Positions 13,946 through 28,643 of a stretch of 64,000 nucleotides of DNA are shown here, piece by piece. Origin of the DNA: the human T2T-CHM13v2.0 reference genome, Homo sapiens; assembly GCF_009914755.1 (NCBI RefSeq), contig NC_060933.1, one strand, 5' to 3'. Made by a program: the position numbers and the translations under genes. Position 1 is the first letter of the stretch. The number at the start of each line of letters is the position of its first letter. The notes under the pieces are model-generated. The model was not told the DNA's origin. It ran no database searches and worked only from the letters and a program-made list of their open reading frames with translations.

Positions 13946-15675
13946 TTATTTTTTTTTAACCAAGTTCCCTAAGAGCTAGAAAGTTTTGACTTTTGAATGA
14001 GTGCTAAATAAATAGTTTTCTCTATCTCTTTTTTAAATTTCCTTTTCACTGTCATCTATTTCATCTTAATGAAGGCTGGAAATTATACTCTGAGCTTTAA
14101 TCAATAGTGACAAAAAGAGAGTTTCTTTATTATGTAAGTGGTTGATTTTAAAGAATGAAAGCATTGGGGGACTAGGTCTCGTTGGTGTCAGGCACGTAGG
14201 TCTGCAACCCTGCAGAGAAATATGAGTGACAGGAAATGAAGAGAGGGAGGTAAGACACCAAATAGTCTCCTGGAGGCCATTGAGGGTAGACTCCATATTA
14301 ACTGACAGGCTGTCCCATGTGAATAGTAATGGTGCATTTGTGCACCATTTTCTAGACTATGTGTGTGCACCTGGTCATTAAAACATAATACGGAGTCTCT
14401 ATCATACTGGACAGAACACTTGTGTCCTTCCAGACTTTGAGGGGCAAAACTACATCTAAAAGATTAATACATAACTTTTGAACTTAGGGTAAAAATTTAA
14501 TAAAACAATGTAACACTTGTTTGCCTTGGGCATTTCTACATTGTCCCTATATGTGAATGAATAACAATTCCCAGCCATTATGAATAGTTTCATTTTACTA
14601 CCCACATTTAACGGTAATGAAACTGATGGCCCATGGTTCAGTGACTTGCCCATAACTTGCATGGTGACTCTGCCAAATATGCACCCTTCAACTGTAAACT
14701 CAGATTTTATTTTTCTTTTCAAACCAAGATAGACCAGGACATTCTTTGTTCCTCGTAGATGTTCATCAAGTGTGACTACAGTTGAACGGACTGTTTTTTT
14801 TGCAATTTCCCAACGTGGGTATCACCAAATGAACCTGGGAGAGACAGGAAAGTGGCCTAGTTGCAGAGTCTAATTCTGGGAAAAACAAATGACTGGGAAA
14901 GGTCTGTCATTGGCCTTCCCAATATTGTTCCTTCTCTTCACTCTGCACCTCCCCTGAGCATCTCATACTCTTCACCCTCATCTCAATCCCCTTGGTGCCT
15001 CTGGCCAGCCAAGTACTTGGTTACCTTGTTCTCCTAATGACTCTTATCTCTTCCCTAATTTATCATAATGGAAATTGCATTGGAGTTGAGAGAACATAAT
15101 CCCTAATTCTGTTAATAGCTGCATGTCATGGAATGAGCTGTTAAAACCTCCAGAGTCCTGTTTCTTTATCTGCAAAAGAGAGATAATTATATTTGTTTCA
15201 TACTGTGATTGTGCAGAGCATGGCAAATCACTTACTTGAAACCACCATGCGGAGCCTGGCTCCTAGGAAATGTTTGATAAATGTGTGAGACAATGTCTAG
15301 ATATTTATTCTGACCTAAGTTGGTGGTTCCAATGAAACTTTCAAGACAGAAAAATGAAGAACATTTTTCTGGTGGATGCAGAGGAGATTCACTCAGGTGG
15401 AGCAAGGGAGGCATAGAAGAGAAGTCAAAAATATAGGGCTGTGCTCATCAGTGGTAGAGTCTTCAACCTGCACAACCATACATGGATGCATTAAAGAGAG
15501 TCACCCATTTATAAAATGGAGATAAAACTAATCCCCCTTTAAAGTTTTGGGGATGATTAAATGAAAGAGTAGACTGACAATCACTGATGTGTTAAAGTTA
15601 ATTATGATAAATAACATAATTGCTTATCACTGTAGCTCTTTCTCATGGTGATGAGAAAGCTCTCTGGAAGTTCTA

Positions 15676-15850
15676 GGACAGGCGTGGTAGCCCATGCCTA
15701 TAATTTCAGCACTTCGGGAGGCCGAGGTAGGAGGATCCCGTGAGCCCAGGAGTTCGAGAGCCTGGGCAACAGAATGAGACTGATCTCTACAAAAATAATT
15801 TTTTTTTTAATTAGCCAGACATAGTGGCACATTCCTGTAGTCCCAGCTAC
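15676..15850 (+). mobile_element. 3'-truncated AluJ-like element (left arm plus start of right arm, no poly-A)
   Basis: Ends at tgtagtcccagctac; flanked by ggaagttcta / ggaaattcta. Confidence 0.9.
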
Positions 15851-16169
15851 AAACCAGGAAATTCTAGTATAATCACAATACACTTAACTCAAGACTAGCA
15901 GAATAACATTAGGAATTCTTTGTTTGGTTCCTTTGTGCTTCAGTTCATCCGATACCTAAGAAATTACAACTATTTATAACCTTATTTCAAGCATAAGGTA
16001 AACATCTCAATGAGTATTTACAAAAGAATATAGCAGAAACAGGAAGTTGACAGTTATAAGCAGATTTAGTTGTATGGATGCTCTTGTATATTATTATGCT
16101 CAATAATAAGCATCACCTCATGTCCTTAGATAATGCTAAACATCTACAATGTATAATATTTCATGATTT

Positions 16170-16330
16170 TAGAGTGGTTAGAGGAACAAGCTTTAGACTT
16201 AGTAAGAGTGGGCTGAAATCCTGGCTCAGCTACTTAACTGAGTAGCTTTGTGCATATGCCTTAACTTCTCTGAGCCCTGCTTTCCTCATGAAGGAGGAAA
16301 AACAGATCCACTTCTTCCAGTTGTTTTGTG
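16170..16330 (+). mobile_element. MIR
   Basis: agtggttagagg...aaatcctggctcagctactt...aacttctctgagccctgctttcctcat. Confidence 0.7.
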
Positions 16331-16500
16331 ACATGGAAAGATGGAAAAACACACACACAAACATTCTTTATGATGCCGAGCCACTGAATTCACCAATCCT
16401 GTAGCCCTATGCCTGGATTTCTTACAACATAGTGTCTTTATTAAGTAACATTTTGTTGGATTTTTCTCTTACTTAGACCTTATCATATCCTAACTGATAA
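16330..16500 (+). mobile_element. MLT1 (J/K/L-like) MaLR LTR 3' fragment
   Basis: gagccactgaattcaccaatcctg...ttggatttttctcttactt...atcctaactgata. Confidence 0.5.
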
Positions 16501-16640
16501 ATCTCTGCTTTTCAACACATCAGTAAATGAGCATATAATTAAGATAATAGAGCATAGAATTGGCCTGATTTTGTGTTTCCACCAGTTTTGTTCTAATATT
16601 CTGTACCAGGTTAATCCAAACCAAGAGAGCCTATCTGAGT

Positions 16641-16680
16641 ATGTGTGTGTGTGTTGTTGTTGTTGTTGTTGTTGTTGTTT
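16641..16680. repeat. (TG)n-(TTG)n compound microsatellite
   Basis: Direct reading. Confidence 0.95.
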
Positions 16681-17288
16681 AAACAGCTCATGAGACATAG
16701 CTGTAAAAATTTACTCAGACTGTTTTTTTTAAATACTACACTTGGGGTATATATTAGGAATAGTCATCAAACCAAATAAGCTGATGAAAAGCCTATAATC
16801 TACTAAATGCCAGTTTACCTTTCCTTTTAAACACTGGAAATAGACCAGGAATGTGATTTTCTGTGGGAAAAAATGTCATGAGTTCTGAAAACTCCACATG
16901 CCTATAAACCTCCTTTGTAATGCTCATGCACTATAGTATTCCAGGGTAATCACTTTACTACAGTATCCTCAGAAGAATTTGGAGCTTCGTCATTTCCTGG
17001 TTAAAGGTTTCATTATTTGCTCCTGGCAGAAATCTATTCAAGAAGAATTCATAGGTTCGTAAGTCTAAGTTAATATACTCTGATCATTTAAATCTAGGAA
17101 ATTTAATTGCAAAATAACTCAGAACATTTAATGTTCTTTATGACTGCAGTAAAACTTTACCAAGTGACCAGGTACCCTTTGCAAATAAGAACTTGTTTTC
17201 CATATTTGAATTAAAAATGCAAGTAAGTTTGCAAATGTCTTTAAAAGTTACACAGTTCAAGACCATGGTCTGATATTAGGGAAAGTAA

Positions 17289-17660
<372 letters not shown>

Positions 17661-18941
17661 TGTTTTACATTTTAAATCATTTGTATGAGCCAAATTAGAA
17701 GAAGAAACGTAATCTGGGCTTTATTCCAAAAACTCCAACATGAATAACCCAGGGTAATGTCTATGTCAAATTAATAGTTTATTAAACGTTGTTTAATCTA
17801 CCTGAATAGGTAAACACCTTATTTTTACCTGTGTTTAGAATTTTATGAGACACCAATATCTAGGGGACTTTTATAGTGACAGTTTACTTTCATACCGTGA
17901 AGGAATTCAGAGCAATAATAAATTAACTTATTAAAAATAAATAGATTCTAATATTTTAGTGAGCATATTATCTTTTTGTTATTTTGGTCTTTTGATGTTT
18001 CTTATTTTCTGGCAATAGGTCAACTTATAAAAGTTCATATTTGCTTCTATTTACAAAATGATAGAAGTTTATCAGGAAAAAAATGCAAAAGAACTTTCAG
18101 ATCTCCATTAAACTTGACACATTTTTCAGCAACATTTTCTAAGAATGATAACCTTCAGTGACATTTTACACTCATAAATGAGACAGGCCAATAGACAAAG
18201 TTACCAGAGTCATGATTTTGTCCTTTACCCTTTTCCCATTTAAACACTATAAACAAGTGTCTGAGGCTCTTCTCAGACAATCCAATTCTCCCTTTCTTAA
18301 ACATGAAGCCCATGAAGGATGCTGGGTAGAAATCGAGGTGTCTATGGGCATAACTCTAGGAAAGTGTTGCTCATGACCCACTTGAAATAGCATGGAAAGA
18401 AAGAGGGTTGACTCTTTCCTTGGCTGTTGACAATCCTAGTCTTAAGGAGGTTGTCATTCTACCCTCAAGTATACACTTTATATAATTGAGTTTGAAGATA
18501 AAGTGCTTTACAGCCCTTAGAAGTGGTTTGTATTAATCCTCTGGAAGATAATAGTTTACATTGCCAGATATTACTTATTTCTCAGGAAGTCATTTGAAGG
18601 AACTGTATGAAACACTGTGTCTTAGTGTTCCCAGGAGCTTGATCATTCGTAGGAGATTGGAAAGCAGGGGAATTGGTCCACAACATGTCCTTCTGTGTAA
18701 TTCTTCATTCCGGGCACAGACAATACTTGGAGGGAAATAAAATGACTACTGTACCCATTGTGCTCTCAGCTGCCTCTGTAACTAGCCAGACAAATTAAAG
18801 AGACAGAACCAGTAAGTGGGGCTAAGGTGGGGGATGGTGGGGAACAAAAATGGAAGAATAAAAGTAAGTAAGAAGGGGTGGCATATGCTTAAGGAGAAAA
18901 GAGAAGTGCTCTGTTGATTATTATCAACAGAAGTGCTCTGA

Positions 18942-19268
18942 TTCTTCTTTCTTTCTTTTCTTTTTTTTTTGTTTTCTTTTGAGACAGAGTCTCACTGTGT
19001 AGACTAGCCTCGAGTGCAGCAGTGTGATCAATAGCTCATCGTGGTCTCAAACTTCCAGGCTCAAGCAGTCCTCCCACCTCAGCCTCCTGAGTAGCTGGAA
19101 TTACAGGCACATGCTACCATGCCCAGATAACTTGTTTTTTATTTTTATTTTTAGAAGAGACGAGGTCTTGCCCTGCTGGTCTTGAATGCCTGGACTCAAG
19201 CAATTCTCCCACCTTGGCCTCCCAAAGTTATTGGGAAGGGATTACAGCATAAGTTATCACACCCAGCC
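18942..19268 (-). mobile_element. AluJ
   Basis: Diverged Alu with J-type gctcaagcagtcctcccacc. Confidence 0.9.
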
Positions 19269-19809
19269 TCTGCTGATTTAATTATCTGTGCTTTATAATC
19301 CCTTTTGGGGTGCATAGCATAAGAAAGAATGGCCATAGCTATACCCTGGTGACTCTGGTTAGATGTCAGTCCTACACCTCACCCAAGCTACAGTTGATTG
19401 CATTTCTGTGTTCACCAGGCTTTCCTGGTCAGTAACATGAACTTTTACTCTGTTGATACTGTGGAACACTTATTTTACTCTGGGTGAGAATGGAATAGTA
19501 GGCCTAAGTTACACGCATTCACACTTCCTTTAAACAGTACACCTTTCTGTATTTCAGAGAGAGGCCTGGGTCCCCAAGTATCTATAGGCGTATGTTGTCT
19601 TTTCTTGGGCCCAGCATGAGCTCAGGAAAATAAGATCTGTTAGCTGAGAGATGGGTGATCGAGACACTGATGGGAAATCTCCTTCAAAGCTATTTCATTG
19701 TTCCTGTTATCCTGGTTTCACAGAAAATAAATGTGCTGAGCATTAGTGGAGAGGGTCAGTAATGAGTACTGACCATACAATGTGATTGGGCCCAATAGGC
19801 TTGGCTCTG

Positions 19810-19975
19810 CATTCATTTTTTCATTCATTCATTCATACTTTTCTCCATGCATTTACTCAAATGTCCACTGAGCTTGGTAGGCACTGCAAAACACTAGAAG
19901 CACAATGATGAGAAAACAAAGACACAGTCAGATCGCTGGCCCATTATCATGGAGCTCATTGGCCAGTGGCAGTGA
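19810..19975 (-). mobile_element. L2 3' end
   Basis: cattcattcattc...ggtaggcactgc...catggagctcatt. Confidence 0.6.
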
Positions 19976-21220
19976 GTCCTGGTTGTTATTTTAGTATTGG
20001 AGGTCCCTTTATGATTAATGTCTACTCCCTATCCCAATTGTGAATTATAGATTTATCAAAATATCTTAAACGTTTTGGAGGGAAGAATACTATTTAATTT
20101 TAATGATTTGAAACAGAATCCTGGATCTTAGCGTTCCTGCTAACTGCTTTCCATTTGGCATAACAATCTTGCATTGGGAAAGCTCATTAGGGTTTGCCTC
20201 AACTTTACTCATAGAAACACAAACGGAGAGAGGCTGGACCAAATCTGGAAGCCAAGTGTCCAGTCATCCATTTCCTGAGACTGCTCTAAGCACCCCACAC
20301 GTGTTTCTAGGTACACTAAAATGTGTAAGGAGAGAAGAGTGATCCTTCCAGTTCACAGAAAAGGAGCAACCTCTTGGCAGAAAGTGAGCCTTTTTCGTCT
20401 CCCTCCCTGACTCCTTAAGTCAGAGTTTTCAATTTAAACATTTCAACCATCTACTTGTTACCCTGTTTACAGAAAAACATACATCCTATGTTTGCTGTGG
20501 GGTCTGAAATGTAGCCTTTCAAATAACAGCTCAGGGATTCCTGGGTGAAAAGTAGCTAAACCATAAGAAACAAAGGTGGCATTTTTTTCTCAGTCATAGC
20601 CCTGAGAAAACCCACAATATATTCTGCCAGTTATTTACCTAGTGATATTTGATATAAGCTGGGAGGGTAGCCATGTTTATAATCACTGAATAAACAGCAT
20701 ATAAATGGCAACTGTCTGAGAGATAAGAAGGGATTGTAAATCCTCTCTCAAGTTGGTTTTTCTGAGGAAGGCTTCAATGCTAGGTCTGGCACATCCTCCC
20801 TTAGTGTTACCTGTGGATATCTACAGGCACTTGCTTCTACCTTTTCTCTTTCTTTCACGAAGATGATGATGAAGCACAGCATACGATCAACTCCTCCTTA
20901 CTGATTTTAACGCCATTATTTTTATTGAGTAAAATTCTAAATGTTCAGAGCTAACTATTACTGTTTAATCTGAGGGTGCCTATTGGGAGTAATGAAATAA
21001 CATTACATTACTGCAAAGACAAGCAAACAAGCAAATAGACCAGGTATACTGCACCTTTTTTTTCCCTTTGCCAACTCATGCTGTTATTCCTCATCTTAGA
21101 GCATGAGCAAGAAGCGATTATTCATATGTATAACAACACATTTATCCAAGCACAAATAAATAGAATTAAAATATTTTAATGTAGTTGGTTTCATTTGCCT
21201 ATAATATTATCTCTATGGTG

Positions 21221-21502
21221 TTTTCTTTTTTATTTCTTGAGACAGTGTCTGACTCTGTCATCCAGGCTGGAGTGCAGTGGTGCAATCTTGGCTCACAGCA
21301 GCCTCAACTTCCTGGGCTCAAGCCATCCTCCCACATGCACACTACCATGCCCGGCTTATTAAAAATATATGTATATATTTTTTGTAGAGACAGGGTTTCG
21401 CCATGTTCCTCAAGCTGGTGTCGAACTCCTGAGGTGAAGTAATCCACCCACCTCGGCCTCCCAAAGTGCTAGAATTATAGGTGTGAGCCACCGTACCTGG
21501 CC
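21221..21502 (-). mobile_element. AluJ with internal deletion
   Basis: The ctcagcctcccgagtagctgggactacagg block is missing after ccatcctcccac. Confidence 0.9.
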
Positions 21503-22719
21503 TCAAAGGTAATTTCTGATATGCAGCAGGGATTTTTAATTCTTCATTTCTTCTGTCATTTATACATTCTGCCTATAATATTTATTAAGCACTTACTGTA
21601 TTCCAGGCACTGTGGATACAATGGGAAAGAAATCAAATGTATTTGTTCCCTGATCTCACAGAACTAACAGTCTAGTGACAGATATTATTCCTAAAAAGTT
21701 GTATATCAGTCAAATCTTTATAAATTCCCATTAATAACCAATAGGAAAACTTAGTCTTAAAAGAAGTTTTCCATGAATATTTTTGTAAGGAACTCACTTC
21801 TAATATATCCATTTGGTTAGGTCAGACATATTAGGCTTTATTCAAGTTACGTACATTTTTCCTCTCAAACATGAGAATATCTTCCTTTTACAAGATTTCT
21901 GTAAATAATTACAATGTAGTATACAGTTAGTTCTTTCTGTAATGGAAGGGGTTTACTATACATCACAATGTACTGATATATTTACAGTGGTATAAGTTTA
22001 AGTAAAAGACAGGCATACAGACAACTAACCATAATTCAACGTACGTGTTTTTCTAAAAGTGTGGAAGCATAGTATAGTGGAAAGAGTGAGAGGTGGGGCC
22101 ATTGGAGACAGAGTTTTTAAAAGCTTTTAAGACCTGCATTTTAAGGACAAACAGAATTGACCAGAGAATGGAAGAAGCAGCGGAGAAAAAGAATGACAGT
22201 CACAGAGATCTAAAAACTCATCCAGCCATAGTTTTCTCTGTAGCAGTTTTGTCATTCCTCTAATGGAGAGAGATCCTCAGTTACCTTTCTAGACATTCTT
22301 CTGGATTCTTAATGAGCTTCTTCCTGTCTTCTTACTCGGAGGAAAGAAAGGAGAAGGAAGGTGCCATTTAGCTTTCTCACCAAGAACCATGTTTTTTCCT
22401 GCTGGGTGGGATTGGGCTGACTGTTGTCAAACAGGCTGGTAGAAAAATAAGTGGAGAAGAGAAGAGCTCTGGAGTCCTGAGGATCATGTCTCAGAAGTCA
22501 ACCAGAGAGCAGATAAAAGCAGTCTGGAAAAAGTGTGTTAGAGCAAGAACCAACAAGGTCTTCTCTTTTTTCCTTTTTCCCTTTATAGCATCTAGAAGAA
22601 TGAACACCCAAAGAAATACTGTCGACTCATTGACTAAAAACAGAGTGGTGTTCCTTTCATTTCATTTCTCCTGGATTAGATTTATTTTTATATTGATCTT
22701 ATAGTATCTCACTTTAAAC

Positions 22720-22875
22720 TTACAGCTTTGGAAAGGATCTTAAAAATGGTCCAATCCAATCTTCTTGTTTTACAGATTGCAAAATTACAGATCCAAGCGG
22801 TGAAGTAATTTGTTGTAGACCACAGTTTTGTAGGCAGGGAAAGCTGAGACCAGAAGCCAGGTCTTCTGATCCTCA
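22720..22875 (-). mobile_element. MIR
   Basis: ttttacagattgcaaaatt...gtgaagtaatttg...ccacag...agccaggtcttctga. Confidence 0.6.
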
Positions 22876-23025
22876 CAAAAGTAGAGAAATAGATGAGAAA
22901 ATGTGTGAAAAGTACCTAGCAGAGAACCAGAATCTTTATAGGTTCAGAACCTTTATAGCTACTCACATTTGTAGCATCTTTCTCCTCCTATGGCCAACAG
23001 AAACCAAACTGAGGGACTGTGATTA

Positions 23026-23332
<307 letters not shown>

Positions 23333-25579
23333 GGTATTTTAGAGCATGACTTCTGAAGTCAATCTAAAGTAATAGGCGCTATTAATGGAAGATACATGTG
23401 AAAATTGGTCAAAATCATACATGCACACTTGCACATACATTGCATACCCACACATACTTTTTTCCCCCCACAGTGAATACTGGTCTGCTGTTTGAAATTC
23501 CTGTCAAATGCCTTAATAATACCAATTATATTAATAATCAGTACCACTAATTGAGCATCTACTATGTGTCAGGTATTGTGCCAATTGGATTACACATATT
23601 AATTCTAATTCCACAACAATCTTGCAGAGCACTGCACAAATGATAATACCAATGGCCATGGTGGTTAAATAATGTTAACCATGGGCTAACAACTATGATA
23701 GCAACTATCGTAAGGGTCTAGATGAAAGCTATAGAATATTTTCAACTCCTAGATTTGTTCTGTGTGGAGTAAGTAGAGAGAGGTGATTTCTTTCTTAAAA
23801 TCCTTCTCAGCACAAATGCCTAGACACTTAAGCCAGCAGCTGTTCTCCTTAGACATTCATTGGCCAGTGTTGTTAGACTTAATCAGTCAGGACCATAAAC
23901 TTGGGTAATTTGAAAATTGAACAAAGGGCACAGATGACAATTTCTTCCAAACACACACCTGCTGGGAACTATGAGTAACTATCCCTAAGGTCAGACTTAA
24001 TTGGATTTAGATCTAAATGCACTCTGACATGTTGATTATTCACTGCTTGAAAGTGGAAGGAAGAAAAATGCTGAGGTGAGAGGTCAGGAGTGTAAGCTTT
24101 CCTCTTTCTCCCCTGTGCTTCTGAAGAGACCCCGTTGAGGACTTTCTTTTATACAGGTCTTGTATTTTCATTTTTCAAATCACTTGCACCACCTGAATGC
24201 TTTGGTCCTAATCCCATTCCCAACCCAGATCTAACAGAGTGGACCTCTGTATCCCTTCTGGAGCCGGTCCAGTAATGGATATTAGAGCCTACCAAAGGCA
24301 GAGCAAAATATCTGGGGATATACATTCAAGAATCTTCACAATTATTTTCTCCCACAGAATTTTAAGAAAGTGAAGAGAGACACTATTAGAAATGATAAGA
24401 GTATTGGGACGAATGGGAGTGAATGAATTTTCATGGGCAAGCTTTATGTTGCCTCATTTATTTTCCATAATTCTTATTCCCATTTTATCACAAGTAAAAT
24501 TCTTATCCCCATTTTACCAAAGGAGTAATTGAGGTTCGGGAATATGAAAGCAGTCATTTAATGTCATGCTGCAGTAAACGCAGTACTTATTCAAAACCTA
24601 GCTCCATCTGATTCCTTCAGCCAGCACTGAGAGAATGGCTATACTGAGACTGTCATGGCAGGTTAAACATTGGATGAGACCTATTAGGGCAAACTGGGAG
24701 AAGGTGAGTCCTGAGTTGCAAGACAGAGAAGGAAAAGGATGATGCTCGATTGCCTGTTGCTGTTTAGTCTAACTTCTGAGACTGCAGGCATTGGGAAGCC
24801 TGGAAGCAGGAGTACAACTTGGTTGAAGTGGAAGGCACAGGAAAATGAGTAACCCAGAAGGTAGAATAAGGTGAAGAGAAAAATCTAAATAATTCAAGAG
24901 AATGTTCTTTGAGTTTGGAGCTGGACTAAGTGATGAGACTAGACATGGCTGGTGGAGGCCTCAACATAGCAGAAGAGCAACCAGGGAACCAAAAGGCACT
25001 ATGGAGCCAGAGAGTGGGAGGGAGCAGACTAGACTAGCTATTCCGAAAGTTTCTGTTCTGGAAAGGAAATATAGCTAGTTGACTTCTGAAAGATAGTAAG
25101 CAATGTTTCTGCAGTAGGCAAATTGAAATCCACAATAGAAAGGTGAGTTTGTAGCAAAGAGAAGGGCTACATTTTGATGTTTACTGGACTGATTTGCCAT
25201 AACTCACCTGTAGTTTTCTATTCTTTGTTTATGAACCATTCATTCATTTCACAAGTATCTGTGGAGGGCCCACTATGTGTTGGGCTTGCTGTGGGCACTG
25301 GAGGTTACATACTGCACATCTGGATTATAGAAATATATCAAGTCTCCATGGTAGGAAACAAAAAGTTATCTTCCTGGATTCCAGTGAGGATGATGTAAAG
25401 CTCATGACCATCAGTGAGGGGGAATACAACGTAGAAATTTAGTGCTTTTGAGAATGGGATGGAATCAATTAGCATGACTATGATAGTGCAAGTGAAGTGC
25501 TGATTGTGTTGAATAAAATAGAAACAGACAAGCCTGTGCTCTGAGAGGAAACAGAATAGGAAATGTGAATGAGATTGAT

Positions 25580-26232
<653 letters not shown>

Positions 26233-27394
26233 TGCCTCTGTCTTTAGAAAACCTGAATGTACCCATGTCAGATCAAATGCTTTCTATAATTATGAACATA
26301 GAGAACATTTTATTTCTAGAGCCAAATTATTTCCACGCGCTTAATTGTGTTAAGTTTTTCACTGCCACATTCTTAACAACTTGCATCCATATACGACCTA
26401 GCAGATTTTTGATGAATTGCATCCTTCAACAGAAGAAAAATATTTACTATGACACACCTTTATGGTTTTTAGTAATTTGGTTATAATCCCAAAGGTGATT
26501 GGTAGGAAAGAACTCAAAAAGAGATTTGTGTCTACAAGACACCAACATCTGGAAGAAAACAAAATGAAAAACTTAAGTCCAGCTGATTTGTTCATAAGCC
26601 AGACATATTGATATTTGGGGACATCTGGAGGGCTGATTGAAATTTTTGATTTTCATACAGATGTTCAGTGTCATATAGACACAGGGATAACTACACATGA
26701 AAAGATATGCTTAATGGTATTTCACTAACTATGTAATTGCCATAGTTATGAAAGGGAACCCTTTCATAATGCTAATGTCTGTGCACAGCATGGAGACTCA
26801 CCTTATTGGCCTATGCTGTTATATAAATTATATTTTATAGCATATGGTTATTATGTTCCAGGACATAGATTTTGACCCAGATAGCCATGTCATGATATAG
26901 ATGTTATGGATTTTGAAATTAATTACCTTATAGCTCTTTTTGTTTTAAGTTCTAGTTGGTTAAATGCAGTTAGGAAGAATGGGGACATTTACTTGATTTC
27001 TCAAGTTTTCTTAAATAACAAACATTTAAAATGCATGGTTTAAATAATTCAAGTTTTAAAATGATGTCACATTCTAACTAAATATAGTCCTAGGGCTGAA
27101 TTTTTTCTGCAGTCAGCACCCCCTACCCCTTGACTGTTGTGTGAAGCAGCTGCATTATCTACATTTTGCCAAGTAAACAAACTCTGCACCGTGCAATAGT
27201 GTTTGTTGTTTGCTAATGTGCTGGTGGTTAAAAAATGCTTAAAAACTCTAATTATACATTTCCATATAATACAGAGGCGTTGTCAGGCCATGCTTCATTC
27301 CTGGAAGATATACACACACAAACTGCATTTCTATTTTGTTCGGTTCATGGTAGTTACCGAATAAATATTTTGTAAATGACTAAAAAATAATATG

Positions 27395-27650
27395 AAGCTT
27401 AACTGATTACTTCCTAGGCACTGGACATTGGGCTAAGCATTTAAAGCATATGGCATTACTCAATCCACAAAATCATCTTCTGAAGTGACTTTCTTATCCC
27501 CATTTTACATGTGAGTTAACTGAGGTACAGAAATATTCAGTAAGTGACTTGCCCAAGGCCACATCATCTAGTACATATAAGGCAAAAGTGGCTTTTGAAC
27601 CCAGGTTTGTCAGACTCCATAACGCATGCTATTAACCATTATTTTCTGCT
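27395..27650 (-). mobile_element. MIR
   Basis: atccccattttacatgtgagttaactgagg...gtgacttgcccaaggccaca...gaacccagg. Confidence 0.8.
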
Positions 27651-28571
27651 GCCTCTTCTTAAAGTGAGTATCTCACGGCAGAGACCTAGGTGGTTGAGAC
27701 CCCCAAGACTGGTTTAAGGCCACTGTCAAACACAGACATGCACAGATCATTTTATTCCTATTTCATTAAAAACCATCGTGGCAGTGAGATGCTGGCTCCT
27801 GCACATAGATGGAAGAAGTAACAATTTTTATACAAACCCCACTTGTACAGATCCAAAATGATTCAGTCACTGGGTGAGCAAAAGTTGTTTTAAGCCAAAT
27901 GACACCTGTAAAGGGAAGTTATGTCACCACTCTTTCCTTTTAAATCTGAACTTCTTACTTACTGGCCTGGTCTGTTGCAAACATCAATGTGTCATAAAAA
28001 ATACGTTGCCCTATAAATCACATCTCTCCTGTAGGAGATTACAACTTTTTTTTATTGCCCATCTAAAGCTCTTGAAGTTTTGTTTCTTCAAAACCTATCC
28101 TAGTTACAAAGAGATGAGATTTTTACTTCAAAGGAAGCAGTAATGAAATCTACACTTGCAGAACACAAAACTACCTCTTTAAGAGTTTTCAATTGTTGAT
28201 ATGTCACTCAGTTTTGCAATTGCCATTTAAAACTTTAGAATACACAGAAGTGTCCACCTTCTATGATTATTTCCCCGCCACTTTCAGCAATGTATGCAAA
28301 CACATCAGCGCTTTGATGTCAAGTCTTATGTTTCCTCACTGGAACTTACAGGAAGAACCATCTCAATTCTTGGAAAACCACAGCTTCCAGTGCATTTAAC
28401 ATGAAACACATTAGGAAATTCATTATATATACCCACAAACGTGGGGATTTTAAATCAAATAGCTGCGTTTTTCAATGTGAAAATTTAAAAGGAAGAATAA
28501 TTACTCTCACTCTTTAACAGAATAATCAAGTGGTATTAGTTTCCTTTTGCTTTCGTTAAAGAGTGCTCATC

Positions 28572-28643
28572 ACTCCATGACATACACAAAATGACAAGCA
28601 TACAATGGAACTTACAAGTGAGATCATCTTACTTCTGAAAAGT
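28572..28643 (+). pseudogene. SNORD27: Retroposed copy of box C/D snoRNA U27 (SNORD27)
   Basis: 72-nt colinear match (about 59/72) to U27 as I recall it; retains gacaagcata, complementary to the 18S rRNA 5' end, and terminal box D ctga; A-rich tail at 28646-28659; 14-bp TSD aagagtgctcatca at 28559-28572 and 28660-28673. Confidence 0.8.

Noticed and set aside
21680-21950. Possible ancient Tigger-like fragment
   Set aside because: Resemblance too weak to name without a Dfam search.
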